Assembly (NCBI GenBank): GCA_012026655.1
Contig: JAAILG010000237.1
Span: forward strand, 1-64,000
Source: Hydrolagus affinis
Taxonomy: Eukaryota
Direction of reading: 5' to 3'
DNA length: 64,000 nt
A program made the position numbers and the translations under genes. Below are positions 12,601 through 23,077 of this stretch, in pieces. Position 1 is the first letter of the stretch; each line of letters begins with the position of its first letter. The notes under the pieces are model-generated. The model worked only from the letters and a program-made list of their open reading frames with translations, did no database searches and was not told the DNA's origin.

Positions 12601-15600
12601 TGGACAGTCAGTATTTTGGACCCAAGCTAGGGGTTGAGATTGGGGAGGGTGGAGGGCTAAAGGGTGAGGAGGGTGATCGAAAGTATTCCATGAAGCTTTC
12701 ATAGTTAAAAATTCACTTGGTGCACTGCAGTCTTGATGCAGTGGTTCACTCGAATGATTAATTTGTAGTTATTGGAAGAAATGCTGCATATGCAGCCGTT
12801 GAATATTGTGTGATTTTTGTTAAGACTATGGTGTAAGGAAAGTTGCTGCTCAACTTTAAATTCAGCAAATCAATAAGTAAAAGCGAGAGACCTATTAGAA
12901 ACTGGTTATTTTCTCGTTTCGACTGAGCCTTCCAACTCTTATTTAGTTCTAACATATCTGTCATTTGAATCAGCAGGAAGGTCTCTTTTTGAAGATCTCT
13001 TCATTGTCAAGTAAACTTGCCGTGCCAAATTATTGGTTTATTTTTGGTTTCTGCACAGCAACCCATTAGTACAATTAGATGTTGCAGCTGTATTAATTTG
13101 ACTAGGCATCAGTTGTGGTACTTTCCGTAGTGTTGTAACTTCAAACCGTTGTTCTCTTATTATTCAGTCCAGAACCTTTCATATTGGAATTTGACCCTGA
13201 TAATTGCAACTGTTGTGAGATTTATTTTCTATGCATGCTGTAAATATTTTTTTTTAAATTAAAAATTGTTAGTATTTATCAAGTTCTTGTTACTTGCAAA
13301 AAGCAGAAATAACCGTCTAAAGTAGTTATAATCATGCGACAATGCATAGAGGAGGGTGGTCCAATCTTAAAGAGTACCCAAGCCATGCATCCGACTGACA
13401 CATAGAAATCGAAGGGTTCGATTGTTGGAATGTGCTTTCTCTCCCTGGAGGGACACATCTCATTTACCTAATTCCGGAAAGTATTAGGTGCAATGTTACT
13501 GTCCAAACAGCAATAATAATAATCCTTGCATTCGATATAGCGCATTATCATGTCTTCAAGACGTCTCAAAGCGGTTCACAGAATAGACTGTAAAGTGGAT
13601 TGAATGTATATATTTGAGTACTACAATTGACCATAGCACTCCTGGTGAAGCAAAGGGAATATTCGGAAGCTTTCTGCTTCTATTCAGTGACTGCTACTAA
13701 AATCCCAACTGAGAACTGTGTTTGACTATGTACCCCATGTTAAATTTGGAGGGTAACTATCCTAGCTTTTATATTAAGAAATAACTGTTTGAGTACACTA
13801 TTGGAGGTTGTTAAGTCCTGTAACAATAAGAGTAAATTGCATTTGTATATTGCCTTTCCCTTCAGGGGACGTCCCAAGTTGTTGGAAGTCAGCGATTTGG
13901 ACCCGAGAAGGGCTTTGGGATCAGGAGGTATAGAAGCTAGGGGTAGAAAGGTGGCGGAAGGCACATTCAAAGAGGAGGATCTTGAGACATGCCTTGAAGG
14001 AGGCAAGAGATGACATTCCAAATGGTTAGGACAGAGAGGCAGAAGATGATGGGGCCGGCCTGCATGGAGCAGGCCTGAGCCTGCTGAGCCGAGGTTGATA
14101 TGGTGTTAGAAGGTCACAGATGTCGCAGGGCCATGGAAGGCTTTGAAGCCAACATTTAGCAAGATTTAGCGCTTGCAGGAGAACAAGTTCTGAATTTTGC
14201 TGAGCTCTGGTCATTCGAATCAGCCTATTTCTAAAGCAGCCAATTAGAAAATGTCTAATCGTTTGTTCTATCTCACTTAATAGGAATCGGCGGATGTTTG
14301 GCCTTTTGATGGGTACTCTGCAGAAATTCAAGCAGGAATCTAATGTTGCAACTGAAAGGGTATTGTTTTATTTTTGTTATGCTTTTCTTTATGTATCATC
14401 TGTTACCAGTTTAAAGATGAATTTATGGCAACATAAGACTTAATTTATTTATAGTTGAGAGATGCACGTAAATCAATTTAGAAACTTGACATGATCTTTT
14501 TCTGTAAAAACAATTTAGATTCTGGGTAACTTTAAAATTTACTATCTATGCACTTTTGGAGCATTAGCTTTCCTCTTAAATCAGAATAAGATCTTTATGC
14601 GTAATCTGTATCCCACCTGGAGGCAAAAGAATGCTCTCAAAGCAATTAGGGTAAAAGTTATTCATTACTAGAGTGTGTGCTGTTGGTTAAACAATATTCT
14701 CGTCTTTCCTAATGTTTGATATCTGATAACATTGTACAGTATATGGATGAATACTTTCATTATTTTCATTCTCCAATTATAATCCAAGGATGTGTAATAG
14801 TTTATTTTTCAGCACTTTAATCCATTTCGTTTTGGTTTGTTGTTTGCTTTCAGCGCCATATAAATGTAAATTGTTGTGGTCTAAGTTGGCATTTGGGTTC
14901 ATGTAACTTGCTCCTGAATCCATTGCTCTGTCCCATTACTAATAGCATAAGTTTTCTTGATTTCTCTGGCGTGTTGTGAATAATTTGTATTATAGCGATT
15001 CTGACTGGCTTTTCCGTGATTTTACCAAATAATTCAAGGTTGATGGGCATGTATAAGATTAATAATGGTCAAAGGGATTGCATGTACAATGGTGCACAGA
15101 ACAATTTTTGTGATACATGATTAGGCTTGTTGGGTGTTTTCAAAGGATTACCAGTAGAGATTTGGCATACACTATGAGGTATGTTTATGCCACTAAGAAT
15201 AATTGTTATGTATTCTGTAACTTTCCGCAATTTTTTTTTGGGGGGAAACAGCAAAAAAGACGCCAGGAAATTGAACAAAAACTTGAAGTACAAGCCGAAC
15301 AAGAGCGTAAACAAGTGGAGAATGAGAGGAGAGAATTGTTTGAAGAACGCCGCACAAAACAAACTGAACTAAGACTATTGGAACAAAAAGTGGAATTGGC
15401 CCACTTGGTAGGTGATTTATTTGTGTATTGAAGCGATGTTTAAAAATGTTGCTTTATAACCTTTATGTACTTTGATAATTCTTAAATGCTTTTTCTTCAC
15501 ACAGCAAGAAGGATGGAATGAGCATAACGTAAAAATAATCAAATACATAAGAACAAAGACAAAGCCTCACCTATTTTATATTCCTGGCAAACACTGTCCA

Positions 15601-17287
15601 GCTACTCAAAAACTTCTAGATGACTCCCAAAAGAAGATGAATGGTAGGTTTTGTTCAATTTTCTTAGGAAGTATCTGCAGTGGATGTTTCAAGACTGCTC
15701 ATTCATTTTATTGGTTGTTCATGGGGACCTTATCTGATTCTATGAATTCCTTTTATTGCTTGTCCCATATTTGTATATTAATGTCTCATGAAATCTGAAA
15801 TAAAACATGTTTTGTTTTCCTATCCTCCTTCCCTAAAAAGACATCAAAAAAATTCTGTAGTACCAGGGATATTTCTACCAACAAATTTTCTCCGTACTTG
15901 TTATTTCTGATCTATTTTCTCAGCTGTGTTTCCCATATGTCCTTTATGGCATTTTTAGTAAGAGATCTCATAGCTGTGTAGGCTTTTTGAGGAGAAATCC
16001 AAAATTGCAAGTCCCTCCAGAGGGGCTAAGAACCTTCTGCCTTTTGAAGAAAAGTAATACATTTTGTTACAATGAAAAATATTATTTCTGAACATCTTTC
16101 TGGTCACTGTACACTTCATTTGGCTTCATGATTAATTTTTTTGGAGGGAGAGAATAAACTAAACGCCCCATTCTTGGTTAAAATTGTTTCCTTTTGAATC
16201 AACAGCAATTTTTGAACAGAGACGTCTGGAGTTTGCAGATCAGATTAACAGAATGGAAGTTAGACCTAGACGTCAGTCACTGAAGGAGAGAGAACAGCCA
16301 GAGTTGCAGAATGAAGAGCGACAGAACGAGGAACAGGAGGGTAAGGTGGCTCATCGTGAGGAGATTGAGGAAGTAGGTAAAAAGAACAATGAGGTAGAAA
16401 TGGAGGAGGAGGTGGAAGTGAGTGCAGCTCAGAGTGATGCAGGGAAACAGCAGCAGGAAAAACCTCAGGAAGATGAGGCTGAGGAAGAGGAGGAGGTGGA
16501 GGAAGGGGAAAGCAACAGCCAGCCAGAGGGTATGCCTGTCGATGAGGCAAAGGAAGTTAGTCAGAGTGTAGAGAATGATCAGGAAATGGCTGAGGAGACA
16601 GAGAAGGTTGTGGAAGAGACAGTGGCTGAAATCTGTAAAGACCCAGAGCCTGAACCTGAGCTCGAGCAAATACCGGAATCCGAGCCCAGGCCTGAACCTG
16701 AGCTTGAATGTCCTGTTAAGCCTGATAACGAGCAAGAGAATGTGGTCAGCACTGAGTCTATGGATTTACAAGCAGAACAGGTGAAAGTGTCACCCAGTAA
16801 AAGTGTAAGCAGGAGTAAGAGCGGAAGCAGGAGTAAGAGTAGAGGCCGTGAGAAGACCAAGAGTAAGAGTAGGAGCCGGAGCAGCTCTAGTTCTAGTTCG
16901 AGTAGTAGTTCGAGCACTAGCAGCAGTGGGAGTAGCTCGAGCAGCGGAAGCAGCAGCAGAAGCAGCTCTAGCAGTAGTAGTAGCAGCGGCAGCAGCAGCA
17001 GGGATACCAGTAGTAGCAGCAGCAGTAGTGAGAGTCGAAGCCGGAGTCGGGGGCAGAGTAGGGACAGGAAGCGTAGGAGGAGTTCAGAGAGAAAACGCAG
17101 AGGTGTTACCAGTGCAGACAAGGACCGTAAGTCATCAAAAAATAGCAGTAGCAAAGAAGTAAAAGGGTCAAGGGAAAAGGTGTCACGTTTAGATAGAAAG
17201 AGGTCTGTGTCAGAAAACCGTTCAGGAAAAAGGTCATCGCGTAATGAAAGAGATCATAAATTGGACAGAAAAGACAAAAAGCACTAA
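9654..17287 (+). CDS. PNN: Pinin (PSAP/EJC-associated splicing factor), 624 aa; exons 9654-9766, 11252-11323, 11858-11926, 12095-12167, 12406-12500, 14284-14359, 15252-15407, 15505-15643, 16206-17287
   Basis: [35 protein letters not shown]-terminus, [18 protein letters not shown] motif [14 protein letters not shown], Glu-rich, poly-Ser and RS/RD C-terminus; all junctions GT-AG and in phase. Confidence 0.97.
10725..10930 (-). mobile_element. tRNA-derived SINE (same family), PNN intron 1
   Basis: Reverse complement has gtggttagagcactcgccttataaacgagagacctggtttcgattccc head and Deu-type core. Confidence 0.8.
13514..14010 (-). mobile_element. SINE tail (~13514-13615) and L2 3' end (~13830-14010), PNN intron 5
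   Basis: Reverse complements of the recurring SINE tail and L2 tail seen elsewhere in the window. Confidence 0.65.
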
Positions 17288-19132
17288 CTCACAGAAGACC
17301 TACATTAGAAAGGCAGTTTGTACAACTTGGTGATGACATACCTGACAGGTGGGGGGATGTTCTCTTTCAGCTGGAGGATAAATCCGCCTTAAGTCTTGCA
17401 TGCTGTACAGTACTTTTATTGGAAACCCCTGAGACTGTTAAATGATTGCCTTGAGTCCCTGTACTTTTACATTGTTTTGTAAGAAACTTTCTCTTAATTA
17501 CTATTAGTGTATTCTGAACATGAAACTGTATGGAAAATACTGTACTGAGCTTGTTTGAAGGATTAGCCTTCCTCCCTTTTCAGTGTTTTTAACCTTGTTG
17601 TATTTGACCAATAATGATACCTCTTCTGTACAGTTGAAATTCCAGAGGGGGGGGAGGGAAATGGCATCTGAACATTATGTGTTAATTCTTGGTGTAAAGA
17701 TGGTTGTCACCAACTATGTACTATACAGTTTCCTTATGTAGAATTAAATGTACATTTCAAAATGAGTAAAATTGTGTTTGTTCCTATTGTCTACTAAATG
17801 TTTTCTGTATATGTTTGATTGCAGTTTATAAAATGGTGAGTAACCCATCTGAAAAATCCATTCAAAATAACTAATTTACATTATTAATATAGTTTACACT
17901 GACAAATTAAATAGCACTTCCTCACAACAATTCATGGGAAAATCAAATGGCCAACGTGCTGTTAAGCCATACAGACTAGATCCAAGTTGCAGCCCTTGTT
18001 TTCTGTATTATCTGAAAGCAGTAAAGGGGAGAAGAGGTGCTGTCACCCTGATTCCCGTGCAATGGCTTCACTAGCCCTGCATCACAAGCCATGTGAACAG
18101 TGATTTCCTGCGCAGCCTTAGAAACATTAGGTTGAATGTGTCCTGTTTTTCTGTCCATCATCCTTGCATTCGGGGAAGATTGCGGTGTTCAGACTACATA
18201 TCTGGTAACTTTTGGTAAGAGATGAACTGGCAGTACATGTATTCCAAATTCATGCACTTTGATGTATTTATTAGATTGAGTCACATTTTTAGAATCTGAC
18301 AACTAGGCTAATTCCACTGAGCGACAGCAGAGCGAAGATCTAATATCCAGCAGCGCTCTTAAATATTTGATTTAACATTGTTTAAAGATAACACATCAAG
18401 ATGGAAGGTATTTTTATTCCTGTCAATCTTTTCTATGGAAAAGAACCTGACGATTGTAAATTCCACTGAACAGCCAAACTATTGCAACTTGGTGCCATTG
18501 TGTGGTATGTCCTGCCAGCCCACTTGACAAAGGACTGGCCACAAAAGTGTATGAGCTGTCTTAAACTGATGCAGAGACATTATAGGAATCTTGCTGCACT
18601 TCTAACTAGTACATTGTTGTTCCTTCACAAAGTGTAAAATGATACATCTCACTCTAACTTTTTCAATACTTAATGATTTTGTACACCCCTTGGTGATCAA
18701 TTAACTTGTTTCAGCCTGATCTGAGTTTTGTCAAGTCTTTCAATTTAATTTCCGATTTTCCTTAGCAAAGAATTTAGAAATTATAATTTGTATTATAGCA
18801 CCATATGTGTATATTAGATATTATTTCTCTTAACAATACATTGCAGTTGGAGTGACAGCATTTAAGTGTGAAAGCATTATCCCAATGAAGTCCCCAAATA
18901 AAACTTCCCACCAGAGAATGTGAAACTGATTAATTGCTACTCTTCTGAATTTGTTGCCATTAGAAAACAATTCAAAAGAAAAGTTGTGGGAGGCAGAAGA
19001 AGACTCGGTTCTCCTTTGGAGAATCAGAAAAGAAATCCGAAGGGTTATGGAACATTTGAGGTTTCAAATCTTACTGCTTCTTTGAACTTTGGAGTGTAAT
19101 TCTGCACCGAGTTCTGTTTTCCAGAGCAGACA

Positions 19133-19166
19133 CTGCAGTATAATAAGGTACCACCAGAGGGCAGAA
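19133..19166 (+). promoter_or_regulatory. Candidate CTCF site with upstream motif
   Basis: CCACCAGAGGGCAG (19151-19164) matches the CTCF core; CTGCAGTA at 19133-19140 sits at upstream-motif spacing. Confidence 0.6.
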
Positions 19167-19629
19167 TACCTTTTAAACTCGTTCTGTAAATAAAGGCAAA
19201 TTATTTTAAGTGACAGACCTTTAACCTTGTCCTTTAAAAGATGTGGATTGAATGTATCAGTTTTTTAAGGGAAATTAAAACTGCTACGTCTAACCTGCGT
19301 ATTAAACTATTTTGTGAATAAGTACACAGCAAAAATTGAGAAACAATTTCTACAATTAACCTCTTACCATTTTTGTCCAGGATTACAATTGTAAGCAATA
19401 AAGTTTATTGTACCTGCAAACTATATTACAGTGCAACTTTTGTGGTGTTATCTGCATTAAATATAAAATACTGTTAGCCCAATAGAAATTGTGTCATTCA
19501 ATAGAAATCCTAAAATGGCTGATTTGCCAAACATAGTTAGATCCCATCGTTAGATTTTCAACATTTTCCAATTTACAGATTCAGTAATAGTTCACCCACA
19601 ATACACTTGTCATGGCAATGGATGTATAT

Positions 19630-19959
19630 AATCCTTGCATTTCATATAGTGCCTTATCGTCTTTTGAGGCATCAAAGCACTTCACAGATCATACTGTAAA
19701 GTGAATTCACTCTAATATTTTATGGGTGAAACATGGCTGCTCCCACAGACAGTTGTGGATTGAGTGGCTGATTTATTATTTTTTGATGAAATTATTACCC
19801 CTGGAAAAGCAATCCGCAATCAGCTAACAACCAGATTCCCTGTTACCTCTAGGTAAACATAGGCTTGTGGAGTAAGGAAACTTGCCCAACGTTTTGCCCT
19901 GCCGGGAATCGAACCCAGATCTCGCTTATGAGGCGAGTGCTCTAACCACTGAGCTACAG
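19630..19959 (-). mobile_element. Near full-length tRNA-derived SINE, longer variant
   Basis: Reverse complement: ctgtagctcagtggttagagcactcgcctcataagcgagatctgggttcgattcccgg head, Deu-like core, L2-like tail. Confidence 0.85.
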
Positions 19960-20179
19960 TCTCGTTCCAGTGAAATGCTTTGAGACGGCTTGACATGATA
20001 AAGCACGAAATAAAAATGTAAAGGTTTATTCTCAATAAAAGGGAAGGAAAGAAGCAATAGTAATCATTGGGAAAAAGCCAAAAAATGTTATACTTTGGTG
20101 TGTATTTGTGCCCATGGGGAAGGAGGAGAATCATTGCAACAATGGGATTTGGGGTGTCCGAAAACCATATTAAGAGCAT

Positions 20180-20632
20180 CCAAACCAAACCGAGGCTTCC
20201 ATTATCCCACCTACAGAGGGAAATTCCAGAGATAAATTGTTGCAATGGTAAGATCCTCACACTCGGGTTCAAATCCATTCACTCCATGGCAACTCCCTAC
20301 CTCTTTAACCTCCTCACCCCCCAATCCACCACCTGATGCCTCCACTCGAATGGCACCGGCCTCCTGCTCGTCCCCTGCACTCTCCGTCCCACCATCGGAG
20401 GTCGCGCTTTCAGCCGCTACGCCCCAAAACTCTGGAACAGTCTCCCCCAATCCTTCCGCCTTTCCCCATTTCTCCCCTTTTTCAATTCCCACCTGAAAAT
20501 ATTCCTCTTGAACTGTGCTTATGGCCACCTCCCTCCTCCCTGCCTGCTTGGAGTCAGCTTCCTCCACTGTCCTGAGGCACTGCCCTGCAAGAGGGAGGGG
20601 GAGGCACTATACAAGTGTAAGTTCTTGTTGCT
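20180..20632 (+). mobile_element. L2 LINE 3' fragment
   Basis: KILTLGFKSIHSMATPYL; ggaggtcgcgctttcagc...aaactctggaacagtctccc; tail ggcactatacaagtgtaagtt. Confidence 0.8.
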
Positions 20633-20746
20633 GTATGCGCTGGAAGGAAGCATCCAGTTTTCTTAATCCAGTAGAGTATTAGGCGCGGGTTGGCAACAGC
20701 CAAGGCTTGGGGACCTCAGTGGGTACTGCTGGTATCTGACCAGCTG

Positions 20747-20798
20747 ACTACCTGTCCAGCTGGGACAACCTTACTACCTGTCCAGCTGGGACAACCTT
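20747..20798. repeat. Perfect 26-bp tandem duplication
   Basis: actacctgtccagctgggacaacctt x2. Confidence 0.95.
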
Positions 20799-22779
20799 AA
20801 ACCTTAAACCCATTAGGGTTTGGGTTTACAGAGTTCACAAACCTCGAAACCGATGTGGAGGTTTTTGCAGCATTGGCTGCCAATGGCAGTTGAGGGTTTG
20901 GTTCCTGGTGCGGGCGGGTGAGGGTCTGATGATGGCTGTGGCTTTGTAACCAATGCTGAGGAGGTTCTGCTCAGATGATTGGCTGTTCTCACCCCAGGCG
21001 GTAACACAGCTCCAGTTAAACAGTAACATTCTCAACCGTGAAGACTGTAACTGTTGACTTGTTTTCCGTTTGATATAAAGATACAACGTGAGTATTTATC
21101 CTGACTTTGATGCTATTAAACGAGAGCCCTCGGGATTATAATTGTATACTATATATAATTATAGCAAGGATCATTGTTAGAATTGAAAACTGCAAATAAT
21201 AATAAGACAATGATGTAAGCGACAATCCTCTCCCTAAACCATATCTACCCTTTTCTCTATATATACCAGCTTCACTTTCATTGAGTTCAGCCATACTTTT
21301 GTTAGTAATAATGTTATTATATATAAACAGCAGCCAGCCACAACAGAAAGCTGGCAACATGAGATATCTACATATATTTTACATATCAGGACTTCCTTGT
21401 CGCTCTCATCCAGTGTGACAGCAAATAGTTATTTATTTGTCTACAAATCCTCCGTCTGAGCATTGAAACTCCTGCGTGTGTACGAAATGTTAGTTTCTTT
21501 GGATTTCCTGAAGAGTTGTGGGGAAAGCCAGGGAGTGGGGGTGAGGGGACAGTTTTATTTCGAAAAGGGAGGAAATAAGAAATGCATATGATTTTAATCA
21601 TGTCATTTTACAACTTTGTTTGACTTCATTACGTTTTCTTGACGAAACAATGATTGCAGGGTGTGTTTGGCATATAACGTGATGTGAACCTTCATAACTG
21701 ATGTGGTGGAGACTTCACCCAGGATTGGGCAAATTTCACAGCTTGTGAACAGACACCGAAACGTAATAGTTCTTAAGACCTTCCAGCGACACAGCGACTG
21801 GGTGGCAATGAGAACGTGTTAGCGGTAAAGTTGTCACTGGCAAAGTTTCAAAGGGACGGTGAAATCTACATACTGTAGAGGATTCACAAACAAACGTTCA
21901 GGAAAAGACTTGGGAGTGAGTTGTCCTACATACAGCAAGCCACAGCCATAGGTTAGAACAGCATTAGGATGCTCATTCGTTACATATACACACACACACA
22001 CGGAGATTATCTTTGATTATCTAGTTGCTTAGACTTTTTTAAATATATATATATATATGAGAAAGTTACAGGCCACCAGTCACTTATGTAGAACTTATCA
22101 ATTTAACACCCCACTTTATTTTACACACACACAAAAAAAGTTACTTTTAAGGAAATGCTCACCCCATAACATAATAAATAATGATAATCCTTGCATTTGA
22201 TGTGCTCCACACAATGTACTGTACTGTAAAGTGAATTGACGGTGTGTATATAGATATATAGATATATATATCGGCGAAAATTTAACTTCAAATCAGCCAA
22301 GCGCAATTAATGTCGAATTTCTGTTCAATTTCCAACAATTTGCTCTGGTGCACAATTGACGAATATAATAGCATTGTAAACCCGAAATGGCTTCCTGTCA
22401 TGATAAAACGCTTACATTTTCAGAGGGAAAGAGCCACACTCGTACCAGACTGGCTGTCGTGAGGCGAGGTTTGGAAGTAAACAGGCTACCTGTTTGTCAA
22501 ATGCTGCACGTTGATGCGCATTTAATCACAGGCTAATTTCACGCCATTGCCAACCAAGGAGAAAATAACACAGGGCACGAAAACTAAAATTATAACCAAA
22601 CCATAAATGAGACAAGACAACATGGTGCTCGGACTCATTCTATCTAAATCTCTTTAGCGTTGTTGAGCTGTTCCAATCACTGCAAACCACTCTGTGTCCA
22701 GTTCATTTTAATTGCAGGCAGCACAGCCTCACCAAGAGATAACGATACTAGGTTTGATGATTTACTTGTGTGTGTGTGT

Positions 22780-23077
22780 TTTTTACCAGTTAATCATTAA
22801 ATTACTCGTTGCAGTGACCCCAAGTCCACGAAGCCATGTTGAACTTCGTCTCGTTTCTCTTTCTGAAATGAAAAAGTGAAGCTTTGCGACAGAAAAGAAT
22901 CCAGTTAAAGACGAACGTGTGGGTTTTTTTTTCTTTGGCTGGGTGGGGGGCGGGGGTGAAAGCGGACTCTTATATAGAAGGAAAGCTTTCTCTGGGTCAC
23001 ATTTGCAAAGGCGTTTTTTTTTCCTTATCCTTCTTCACTGCTCAAGGCAATCGAACAGACTGGGATGTCAGTCAGAC
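22780..23077 (+). promoter_or_regulatory. MIA2 tissue-specific TATA promoter with HNF1 site
   Basis: GTTAATCATTAA (22789-22800) near-consensus HNF1 site, GC box ~22946-22955, TATATAG 22971-22977, ATG at 23078. Confidence 0.65.

Noticed and set aside
12501-14283. Possible snoRNAs or extra cassette exons in PNN intron 5
   Set aside because: Only short stems (e.g. cactgca/tgcagtg) and no convincing box or splice-site set could be supported
16579-17154. 191-aa poly-Leu antisense ORF (and 16277-16735)
   Set aside because: Shadow of PNN AGC/AGT serine and GAG glutamate codons
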